Below, piece after piece: positions 6,828 to 14,318 of a DNA stretch of 14,318 bases; the stretch's first letter is position 1, and every line of letters starts with the position of its first letter. The DNA comes from Candidatus Micrarchaeota archaeon (GTDB lineage Archaea > B1Sed10-29 > JAJSAI01), in the NCBI GenBank assembly GCA_964625085.1, contig CAZVAJ010000009.1, positions 22,898-37,215 on the forward strand, written 5' to 3'. The notes under the pieces were generated by a model. The model was not told the origin of the DNA, did no database searches, and saw only the letters and a list, made by a program, of their open reading frames with translations. A program made the position numbers and the translations under genes.

Positions 6828-7354
6828 CCCAGTTTCACCCTCCAGAGCACAGAGTATTCAGGACCTTCTCTTTTAAGAATACTCTGGTACATCCGAATCT
6901 CCTTGACCAGTTGGGTTTGAAAGAATCTGTCCCGGTCCTCTGATAGTATTTTCTTAAGCCTTTCATCCGGTTTTCTTTTGACTCTGCCCAACGTAAGATG
7001 GGGGACGAACGTTTTTGCCGGCGCGTACCCTAATGGCGAGAGGGCTTGGTCAACCTTCTGCTTTAGAACATACACTTCTTCTGATTTCACGCCAGCCCAC
7101 ACCACTCTCACGAACCCTTGGCCTGGGAATACTCCCAGTCCTTCTAGCCGGATCGTGAAACTGTTGAACTCAAGGGCGCTCAGCGCTTTCTGAACCTCTG
7201 AAACTTCTTGTTCATCAAGTTCTCCGAAAAACCGCAAGTCTACCTGAAGATTCTCTGGCTTTACGGTTTTAACATAATCAATCTTACTGAGCTTTTCAAG
7301 CTCGTCAAGAACAGATCTCTCTGGTTCTACCCTGATCCCAAGAAAGCACCTCAA
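6824..7354 (-). CDS. thpR: RNA 2',3'-cyclic phosphodiesterase (2'-5' RNA ligase, 2H family) homolog with altered first catalytic motif
   Basis: MRCFLGI, VKPENL(QVD)LRFFGE, GLGVFP, RVVWAGV, FVPHLTLGRVK and QSILKREGPEY. TTG start overlaps the upstream stop (TTGA). Confidence 0.9.
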   Translation of the reverse strand: MRCFLGIRVEPERSVLDELEKLSKIDYVKTVKPENLQVDLRFFGELDEQEVSEVQKALSALEFNSFTIRLEGLGVFPGQGFVRVVWAGVKSEEVYVLKQKVDQALSPLGYAPAKTFVPHLTLGRVKRKPDERLKKILSEDRDRFFQTQLVKEIRMYQSILKREGPEYSVLWRVKLG

Positions 7355-9060
7355 AACAGGTCACCTGATAACTTTATTCCTGGAATATGCTCCTTTGCTC
7401 CAAGCCCCAAGGGAAACAGCTTCTGCAGTGAAAGCACTGTTTTAGTGTCAACAGTTCCTGTTGGAATACCCTCTGCCTGGTTTCTGTGGCGCAAGAACTC
7501 TGTTTCCCTGTAACCCAGCCGAATATTCAACCCTGTTTCTTTACGTTCATCTTTAACAAGCCTCTCAAGGTAACGCACTATCCGCTCGCAGAGCTCAATG
7601 CTCCCTTTTCCTTCATCCAGTTTGCTTACACCACATGAGAGGAAGTCAGGAGAAAGCAAGTAGTAAAAGTCCTTAAGCCCAGCATACTCCTTTCCCCTGA
7701 AACTTTGGGTAAGGAACGGAAGGAAATTTTTCTTGTACGCGTTTTCCAGCATAAGTTCATGTTTTACACGGAAGACCTTGAACGCGGTCAAGGTCTTCTT
7801 TTTTATCTCATTGTACATCTTGTCCTCACTGCCTCCTGCCTCGTGAATTATTCTGGGAATATTAAGCGATACAGACTGCATTAACCCTGTTCCCGGCTTT
7901 TCCACAATATCGGAGTAAACAAAGCTCTTGCTGGAATCAAGCCGCACATGCCCCCGGTTGTCTTCTTTCAGGCACAGGAAAGGAAACCGAAACCGGTTAT
8001 GGTCATAGTCTCCTCTTTTGAATACTTCAAGAAAAATCTCATAAAACCCTGCTGCCTCATCAGCATAATCAGCATAGGCTCCGTCTCTTTTTCCACCGGG
8101 GAGTACCGCTCTTCTTTTAGCAAGCCAGCCCGGTACCTTTTTTGACATGGTCAAAGTGAACGCTTTTCTTGGAAGGTGGTGTTCATTAAGTTCGTACAAG
8201 AAGTCCTGAGCGATCTGAGGCCACCTCTTTTTCGGAATGCCTCTTAAGAAAGGGGCGATCAACACATTCAAAGAATCTATCCCTGTTCCGAACGCGACAT
8301 AGTCCTTTGAAATGCTTAGGATTCTTGCAGCGTGGGACACAGCCACTTCAGCTTTCTTTGCAGGTCCTGTTGAAATAAGCCCAGGTATCCTGATTCCTTG
8401 AGCAAGAAAAGGATGAAGGTCATTCAAGAATGTGAGGGGAGTGAGCGCGAAATGCGAAAGACCATGAACATGTATCAGCGCGTTAAGATGAGCTTCAGAA
8501 CATTCTTTTGGTAGCAACATTGTGAGCGCGTACTCTTCCATTATCCCGTTCCCGAAAACAGCAGTAAGCCCGGCAGGCATTTTAGGCGGTTTTTTCAGAA
8601 CTTGGCTCACGTCATACACTGGCAGACCCAGCCGAGCATACTTTGACTTTGCATTGAACAGTCTTCTGTTAAGCAGTTCAACATTGACCATTTCTCTTAT
8701 CAGAGGAGCACTGATATCCCTTAAATGAAGCCGGCGTATCTCTGCCTCCACCTTGGCCGCGATATCCTCCGAAACAGAAACAGGAAGCCTGGTCTCCTTA
8801 ACAAGGCTCTTTGTTATCCTGCTCCTGTCAAAGTATTCTATACTGTTGTCAGTCGTTCTGACCCTAATCCCATGGTAAACATTAAACACTTCAGCTGCTT
8901 CAGGATCAAGTTCTTTAAGCGTTTGGTATATCAGCCTGTTTACTCCCCTCTCAGATGCAGGAAGGTTGTCCCCTATTTTCAAAGCAACCTTGCTGGCAAG
9001 CCAGAAGTCTATGCCTGCCTGCGTGCACTTTTTTATGACTATATTTGGGGACACGCTCAT
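7351..9060 (-). CDS. ATP-cone-containing class III ribonucleotide reductase (NrdD)-like protein, C-terminally truncated and probably inactive
   Basis: ATP cone IRVRTTDNSIEYFDRSRITKSLVKET...APLIREMVNVELL; YARLGLPVYDV, AHLNALIHVH, GPAKK, NVLIAPF, QDFLYELN, FRFP and VSLNIPRI. No GCR-type finger loop, Zn-ribbon or RxxGY. Likely start ATG 9060 (569 aa). Confidence 0.85.
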   Translation of the reverse strand: MSVSPNIVIKKCTQAGIDFWLASKVALKIGDNLPASERGVNRLIYQTLKELDPEAAEVFNVYHGIRVRTTDNSIEYFDRSRITKSLVKETRLPVSVSEDIAAKVEAEIRRLHLRDISAPLIREMVNVELLNRRLFNAKSKYARLGLPVYDVSQVLKKPPKMPAGLTAVFGNGIMEEYALTMLLPKECSEAHLNALIHVHGLSHFALTPLTFLNDLHPFLAQGIRIPGLISTGPAKKAEVAVSHAARILSISKDYVAFGTGIDSLNVLIAPFLRGIPKKRWPQIAQDFLYELNEHHLPRKAFTLTMSKKVPGWLAKRRAVLPGGKRDGAYADYADEAAGFYEIFLEVFKRGDYDHNRFRFPFLCLKEDNRGHVRLDSSKSFVYSDIVEKPGTGLMQSVSLNIPRIIHEAGGSEDKMYNEIKKKTLTAFKVFRVKHELMLENAYKKNFLPFLTQSFRGKEYAGLKDFYYLLSPDFLSCGVSKLDEGKGSIELCERIVRYLERLVKDERKETGLNIRLGYRETEFLRHRNQAEGIPTGTVDTKTVLSLQKLFPLGLGAKEHIPGIKLSGDLF

Positions 9061-9075
9061 ACGGAACAAAAGGGT

Positions 9076-9099
9076 GGAAAAGAATAAATAAGTTTGCTG
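9076..9099. promoter_or_regulatory. shared bidirectional TATA-like element between the nrdD-like operon and lrp
   Basis: AATAAATAA (9083-9091) is centred 26-27 nt from both ATG 9113 (+) and ATG 9060 (-); flanks GGAAAAG (+) and CAGCAAAC (-) are BRE-like. Confidence 0.45.
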
Positions 9100-9112
9100 T
9101 TATACCATCTGC

Positions 9113-9514
9113 ATGGACCCCACGGACGAGAGAATACTCGGGATACTTAAGAAAGATTCAAGAACCCCTTTCACTGAAATGGGCAAAGAACTCGGGCTTT
9201 CTGATGTCGCTATAAAAAAAAGAATAGACAAGCTCCTTGAAACAGGGGTCATAAAACGATTCTCGATAGAAGTGAATAACGAGGCGCTGGGAAGGCCTGT
9301 AAGAGCATACATTCTCTTAAGATGTTCTCCTGAGAGCGTGGGGGAGATAATCAAGAAGCTCAAAGGGAGCTTAAAGGCTGAGAGAACAATAGGCTCCTAC
9401 GACGTGCTCATAACCCTTGACACTGAGGATGTTTCGTCCCTCAGGAAGTTTGTGGAAGAAGAGTTAGGCTCCTATCCAGGGGTCGTGGAAATACGCACCC
9501 TGATAAGAGTGTGA
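9113..9514 (+). CDS. Lrp/AsnC family transcriptional regulator
   Basis: MDPTDERILGILKKDSRTPFTEMGKELGLSDVAIKKRIDKLLETGVIKRF HTH; C-terminal RAM domain with TIGSYDVLI and GVVEIRT. Confidence 0.95.
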   Translation: MDPTDERILGILKKDSRTPFTEMGKELGLSDVAIKKRIDKLLETGVIKRFSIEVNNEALGRPVRAYILLRCSPESVGEIIKKLKGSLKAERTIGSYDVLITLDTEDVSSLRKFVEEELGSYPGVVEIRTLIRV

Positions 9515-9518
9515 GATC

Positions 9519-9812
9519 ATGAGAGTGGAATGCGATGTAAGATACACTGAAGACCCTGCCAAGCTCTCCAGGATGCTTGAAGAATTCTTTCCAGGCGCGC
9601 GGTTTACAAGAAAAAAAGACAAAATAGTGGGAGAAGCAGACGAAAAAACGTTCTGGCAGACAATAAGAGAGCAAGGGACAGAACCTGTTTTCCGCAGGGA
9701 GTTGGAAGAAGCAGGATTTATCGCGCTCAGTAAGATGGCAATGCTTGCCGGACTGGCCAGTTCTGACGCAGGATTTCCTTTGGGGTGCGTGAGAGTATAC
9801 GGTGAGCAGTAA
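9519..9812 (+). CDS. DUF54/UPF0201-like putative RNA-binding protein
   Basis: N-terminal VRYTEDPAKL...FFP and C-terminal LSKMAMLAG...PLGCVRV resemble the archaeal 'PTED..KV / KQAA..G / PLG.I' pattern. Confidence 0.65.
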   Translation: MRVECDVRYTEDPAKLSRMLEEFFPGARFTRKKDKIVGEADEKTFWQTIREQGTEPVFRRELEEAGFIALSKMAMLAGLASSDAGFPLGCVRVYGEQ

Positions 9813-9814
9813 TA

Positions 9815-9822
9815 TTTATATA
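9815..9822 (+). promoter_or_regulatory. TATA box TTTATATA for the surface-protein gene
   Basis: Canonical archaeal TATA, 24 nt upstream of ATG 9847. Confidence 0.65.
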
Positions 9823-9846
9823 CTTTTCTCTTCTTTTTTGTCCTTC

Positions 9847-11790
9847 ATGAAAAGCCTGAAAATGTTCTTGGTCTTGACTTTCCTCGCTGCATTATTCGCG
9901 GTCCCTGCTCTTGGAGCTCCTGTCGTGAGCGAGGTCTATCCGAGCACGGCAGAGGCCGGATTCCAGACAGAATTCAAGGCCAATGCTTCTGACGCGAACC
10001 AGGTGGCAAACTGTACCTTTTACTGGGCAGGGAATCCTCTTGCTCAGATGACCTTAATAAGCGGAGATAATACTTCTGGAACCTGGGCGTACAATTATAC
10101 TCCTTCTTCTACAGGACCTTTCCAAGCATATGCTAATTGTACTAACGCGTTAGGAGAAAGCGCATACAATGACACTACTATCACAGTGCAGGACACTACT
10201 CCGCCGACAGTAGGACAAGTTTCTCCGGACCAGCTGGAGAAAAAGAACTATACAGAGACTACTGGAGATGTAGGAGGACTAAGCACTTCTTTTCGTGTTT
10301 CTGCTTCAGATAATTCCGGGAGTGTGTCCTGTCATTTTTACTGGGACGGCCAGGACATGGGTGAAATGAGTAGTAGTGGAAAAAAAGGTTTGGGGTTTGG
10401 GCCTACGACAGAACAACTAAACCAGATGGTACAAACAGAAGGGATTCATCACGCGTGGGCCAACTGTTCTGACCCATCAGGGAACTGGGCTTACAATGAC
10501 ACGATCGTGCGCGTTTTCACTCCTGTTCACGTGACCTTATCCCAGAGGGATTGTGTTGTTGACGGCCAAGCAACAGAATACCAGTCAGGAGACGATTACT
10601 CCTCAAAAGCGAGCACAGGAGGAGTAACTTACCAGCTTGACGGCACCAACTACGCGGCAACAGACTCTCAAGGAAGGTACTGCCTTTATTACGCAGCTGA
10701 GTCAGGAGCCGGCGACCGGTATATCTATTTAGGGAGTAAAGATTATGCTGTGAGATTATCTTCCAATGCTTCTTCTGATACTGCGGGAGTGTACACATTC
10801 AACTCAAGCAGTGCCGGCTGGGATCAAATGACAGCAAATGGAACATATGCAGGATATTATATAGAGTTTTCTGTCTTAGGGGATGGAGTGGAAATAAGGA
10901 TTAATTCTAGCGACTATTACCTTATCAGTAATTATACTACTGTTATGCTTGCAGTTTTTGGAGGAGGGGGCATTTCTTTCAAATGGCCGAAGTACTACGT
11001 GTACTCCTCCCAGCCAACTCCTCCGAACATTTCATCTAAAGGAACAGCTTTCGCAGACAATGTCACGATTGGAGCGCGGTTTGACACTAACGTGTCTACC
11101 AGTTGTACTGTGTACGCGAGAGCAGGATCTGAAGAAAAATCAGCAGGAGAAGGAAATAAGTTCCTCTCTCATGTTGTTGGAGTGAGCGGTCTTTCTCCAG
11201 GAAAAGAATACAATATAACAATCAAATGCTGTTACCCTAACTCTTACTACTGTACACTGGCGGGCCCGTTCGTTTACAGGACTGCTGACGAGAGTGTCAC
11301 CGGCACAGGCATGCTGTTGTCCAAAAACTTTTCTGGAGCTTTCTTGAATGTTTCATTCTCGAGTTCAGGGAGCATGAGAATATCCCGGTTTAACACTTGT
11401 CCGGTTCCTAACACGCCTCCTGGCACACCAGTCTACTACTTTGACGTTTACTCTGATGCATCTGGTCAGGCGAATATCACTATATACTATAATGAGTCAG
11501 ATCTTACGACCGCAGGGGTTAGCGAGGATAATCTTGCAGTATACCACTGGACAGGAAGTGCATGGGAGCAGGTCAGCGCGTCTGTTGATCAAACAAGTAA
11601 TTCTGTTTCATTTTCGCTTAGTTCTCTTTCACCAATTACGCTTGGCAGTGGCTCTGGCAGCAGCGGAGGAAGTACAGCAGCAACCGTAGTAAGCGCTCCA
11701 GGAATGAGTGATGTACTGATCTATGTGCTCTTTACACTGGGCCTGATTTACGTAATAGTGCCTTGGAAAAGGCTTCCAAAAGTTATTTAA
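9847..11790 (+). CDS. cell-surface glycoprotein with Ig-like repeats, FN3-like domain, PGF-pre-PGF-like domain and C-terminal membrane anchor
   Basis: Signal peptide MKSLKMFLVLTFLAALFAVPALGA (start moved to ATG 9847); two ASD...C.FYW.G...M...A.ANC....G..AYNDT repeats; HVVGVSGLSPGKEYNITI; YYNESDL...EDNLAVYHWTGSAWEQV; many NxS/T sequons; G/S linker, PGM, TM helix, basic tail. Confidence 0.8.
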   Translation: MKSLKMFLVLTFLAALFAVPALGAPVVSEVYPSTAEAGFQTEFKANASDANQVANCTFYWAGNPLAQMTLISGDNTSGTWAYNYTPSSTGPFQAYANCTNALGESAYNDTTITVQDTTPPTVGQVSPDQLEKKNYTETTGDVGGLSTSFRVSASDNSGSVSCHFYWDGQDMGEMSSSGKKGLGFGPTTEQLNQMVQTEGIHHAWANCSDPSGNWAYNDTIVRVFTPVHVTLSQRDCVVDGQATEYQSGDDYSSKASTGGVTYQLDGTNYAATDSQGRYCLYYAAESGAGDRYIYLGSKDYAVRLSSNASSDTAGVYTFNSSSAGWDQMTANGTYAGYYIEFSVLGDGVEIRINSSDYYLISNYTTVMLAVFGGGGISFKWPKYYVYSSQPTPPNISSKGTAFADNVTIGARFDTNVSTSCTVYARAGSEEKSAGEGNKFLSHVVGVSGLSPGKEYNITIKCCYPNSYYCTLAGPFVYRTADESVTGTGMLLSKNFSGAFLNVSFSSSGSMRISRFNTCPVPNTPPGTPVYYFDVYSDASGQANITIYYNESDLTTAGVSEDNLAVYHWTGSAWEQVSASVDQTSNSVSFSLSSLSPITLGSGSGSSGGSTAATVVSAPGMSDVLIYVLFTLGLIYVIVPWKRLPKVI

Positions 11791-11813
11791 GCCTCTTCTT
11801 CTTCTTTTTAGGC

Positions 11814-12608
11814 ATGATAAAACACCTGCTTGCTTTGGCACTGATGCTCGGAATGGGCATGTCTGTCGTGTACATGCATGTTCCTTTCATGAAGGAGTAT
11901 GACCAGATAATAGAGTACAACCAGCAGAAGAACTCGTACGACCTCGGCGAATACTATCTTGGCAAGCTTTCGCCCGGTCAGTCAGTCAAGCTCGTTTTCT
12001 CAAGAGAATCAGGCACCCCGTATGACTGGGACCAGGTTGTGGTAAGGGCAAGCCAGGGGCTAAAGGTTTCTGAAAAGACAGGGGCATCAGGATTCACGGT
12101 CACGGTAGAAGCTGAAGAAGAGGATGAAAACGCTTGGGTGGAGATTTATTTTGTTGAAGAATTCATGTTCAGAGGAACAGAAAGAATTGTTTTCAAGCTT
12201 AACGTGACCAAGAACGCGTACGCGCATGATTTCGTGCAAGAAAACGTTCTGGCGGGAGAAAACTCTTACTACACTTTCAGTGTGAAGAGTGAGTCGCTCG
12301 TGGATGATGTTATATCTGCCAAGCTCGTGGGCCTGCCTGGCGCATGGTCCAAGCCCGCTTCTGCTGTCGTAAAATCAGGGGACACCATTGAAGTAAAAAT
12401 TCCGGTGAAAGCCACGGAAGAAGGAAAATACCCTGTGACTCTTGAGGTGCAGTATGCTTCTGGATTGAGGGAAGATTTCCAGAGGGAGCTTTGGGTCAAG
12501 CCCACGATGAGGTCAAAAATGAAGAGCGTTGGGGAAGGGTTCGTGCTCGTGCCAGGCGTACTGCAACCATTATACTCCATAATTGGATTCATAGGCTCCC
12601 TATTGTGA
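11814..12608 (+). CDS. secreted or membrane hypothetical protein with Ig-like (NEW3/CARDB-like) beta-sandwich region
   Basis: Signal MIKHLLALALMLGMGMS (start moved to ATG 11814); LGKLSPGQSVKLVF; GLPGAWS...VKSGDTIEVKIPV...EEGKYPVTLEV; hydrophobic C-terminus. Confidence 0.65.
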   Translation: MIKHLLALALMLGMGMSVVYMHVPFMKEYDQIIEYNQQKNSYDLGEYYLGKLSPGQSVKLVFSRESGTPYDWDQVVVRASQGLKVSEKTGASGFTVTVEAEEEDENAWVEIYFVEEFMFRGTERIVFKLNVTKNAYAHDFVQENVLAGENSYYTFSVKSESLVDDVISAKLVGLPGAWSKPASAVVKSGDTIEVKIPVKATEEGKYPVTLEVQYASGLREDFQRELWVKPTMRSKMKSVGEGFVLVPGVLQPLYSIIGFIGSLL

Positions 12609-12624
12609 TTATTAAGAGGAGATC

Positions 12625-14318
12625 ATGATGAACTTTTTAAAATACCTGATTATGGTACTGCTGCTTGCAGCAGTTGGCGCAGCAGCCACTAACCTAACGG
12701 AGTGCGGACCGATTCTCTCACAAGGAGAATACTACCTGCAGAATGATGTTTCCAGCAACGGAACCTGTTTTGAGATAGACATTAACAACGTGGTTCTTGA
12801 CTGCCAGGGCCACAGGATAACTGGGAATGGCACAGGTTACGGTGTGTATAACCAATGGTACAGTAACACAACCGTGAAAAACTGTGTGATAAAAAACTTT
12901 AGCACAGGCATGGGTGATATATTTTACTTAGCAGAGAATAACACTGTCACTCATTTTTCTGATTATGGGATATACTCAGACTATTCCGGCACAGTGCTTA
13001 GGAATAACACGGTCGCCAATGCAACAGGCCTGCAATCCTTGGAAGCAGGAATCTTTGCCAGAGGAACTATAGAGTACAATACAATCGAGCATATTAATGG
13101 TAGTGACATATGTGGGCTTGAGCTAATAGAGAACTCAACAGTCAGATTTAACCGGTTGGAGTACGTGGGAAGTCCAGGAGAGAATACTGCAGATGCTCTA
13201 TGCGTGTTCGTAAACGGTTCTAGCATATACAACAACACAATAAGAAGCAGGTACTCTGACTCTGGTTCTTCTGTTAATTTCGGGAGCGCATGTTACACTA
13301 CCTTTGAAAACAACACAGTGGAAATGCCTGGATCTAACAGTTCTATTGCCTATTTGAATGGGAATGACGTTATAATCCGGAACAACTTCTTCAACCGTAG
13401 TGTTGAAGGCTCTGGGATTAATGTTTATGGGGCATACAACGTACTGATTGAAGGAAACTACTTTTACTCTGGAATAAACGGCTCTTCCGTGTTTGTGGGA
13501 GGAGGACATGATGTTAACATAACCGGAAATAAAGTGTACAACGGGGAATTACTAAAATCCAAGAAAGAAAACAAACCCCTGCCTTCTTACAATGTGAGGG
13601 CATGGAACAATACAATACAGGGGTATACTTATGATGTTGATACAGGGCTTCCCATGGCGTTGGGAGTGTACGTTAAAGAAGGAGCATCTGCTACTGTGTG
13701 GAACAACACTTTCAAGAATCTTGGCAAGCCCGGAACCACTAACAGGGTTGTTACTGCTGCCCTTGTGTACTATAACGAATCAAAGCTAAGCTTTTACAAT
13801 AATACTGTGACTAACATTACAGCCCCTGGAGTGTACGGGGCGCAGTGTACTGACTTGATAGAGCCAGGTCCAAGTGTAATAGAGAACAACACCTTCAACA
13901 ATTGTGGTCAAGGGACAACAAGGTATGACTCGGCCATCATCGTGTCTGACGATACAGGAGAGGTGAGCATTTCTGGTAACACAATAAACACCGCTTCAAA
14001 TAATGCGATAACCCTGATGAACGCTACAGGATACAACCTCACGCAGCTGAACTCCAGCAATACTTTCTCAGGTATTACAGGGAACAGGGTTGAGAAAAGG
14101 TGGGTGGCAAGAGTAAAAGTAGAAGACCAGTTCGGAACGCCGTTGTCCAGTGCTCACGTGGAACTCAATGATTCGACTGGAACGAACGTTGAAAACAGCA
14201 CGACAGGCTCGTTAGGATTCACCCATACCAGCATCTTTGACTGGAGTACTTTAATGCCAGTTCAGGATTTCATTGACTCCACAGGGGCCACTGGCGCGCG
14301 TACACCTCACAACGTGAG
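12625..14318 (+). CDS. secreted right-handed parallel beta-helix (NosD/pectin lyase-like) surface protein, 3'-partial
   Basis: Absent from the ORF track because there is no stop in the window. My translation gives 564 open codons starting MMNFLKYLIMVLLLAAVGAAATNLTECGPILSQGEYYLQNDVSSNGTCFEIDINNVVLDCQGHRITGNGTGYGV...TVKNCVIKNFSTG, with recurrent NNT turns. SD GAGGAG at 12616-12621. Confidence 0.88.
   Translation, partial: MMNFLKYLIMVLLLAAVGAAATNLTECGPILSQGEYYLQNDVSSNGTCFEIDINNVVLDCQGHRITGNGTGYGVYNQWYSNTTVKNCVIKNFSTGMGDIFYLAENNTVTHFSDYGIYSDYSGTVLRNNTVANATGLQSLEAGIFARGTIEYNTIEHINGSDICGLELIENSTVRFNRLEYVGSPGENTADALCVFVNGSSIYNNTIRSRYSDSGSSVNFGSACYTTFENNTVEMPGSNSSIAYLNGNDVIIRNNFFNRSVEGSGINVYGAYNVLIEGNYFYSGINGSSVFVGGGHDVNITGNKVYNGELLKSKKENKPLPSYNVRAWNNTIQGYTYDVDTGLPMALGVYVKEGASATVWNNTFKNLGKPGTTNRVVTAALVYYNESKLSFYNNTVTNITAPGVYGAQCTDLIEPGPSVIENNTFNNCGQGTTRYDSAIIVSDDTGEVSISGNTINTASNNAITLMNATGYNLTQLNSSNTFSGITGNRVEKRWVARVKVEDQFGTPLSSAHVELNDSTGTNVENSTTGSLGFTHTSIFDWSTLMPVQDFIDSTGATGARTPHNV

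Noticed and set aside
6824..7354. Missing NrdD C-terminus hidden behind a frameshift
   Set aside because: The downstream sequence is a complete ThpR homolog, and I saw no CxxC or RxxGY remnant near the junction.
9802..9846. GTG 9802 start for the surface protein (likewise TTG 11763 for the next gene)
   Set aside because: These extensions run through TATA-like and pyrimidine-rich intergenic sequence; signal peptides begin at ATG 9847 and ATG 11814.
1111..13509. Numerous short ORFs antisense to or nested in the main genes (e.g. 1750..2109, 2799..3269, 8725..9087, 12269..12592, 13198..13509)
   Set aside because: They overlap well-supported genes and have Ser/Phe/Leu-biased shadow composition with no recognisable motifs.

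Overview
Archaeal chromosomal segment. A class I CCA-adding enzyme, deoxyhypusine synthase, a DUF54 protein and TATA-like promoters support this; the surface-protein repertoire suggests a DPANN-type lineage (inference). Left to right: an isolated tRNA 3' half (Asp/Glu-like) with a duplicated 3' end; a partly AT-rich PD-(D/E)XK nuclease-like gene; an overlapping minus-strand operon cca -> HD protein -> deoxyhypusine synthase; a stand-alone CpaF/VirB11-type ATPase; a second minus-strand operon, NrdD-like -> ThpR-like -> membrane protein; then lrp, a DUF54 gene and three secreted/surface protein genes, the last running off the window. Most notable: all three genes of the NrdD-like operon appear to have lost catalytic residues (no RNR cysteines or glycyl-radical domain; 2H HxT->QxD; transglutaminase C/H->S/Y plus TM and wHTH). 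In addition, an HD protein sits directly behind cca, and dys appears to start at a non-canonical ACG codon behind a perfect AGGAGG. All family assignments come from reading motifs by eye, not from database searches.
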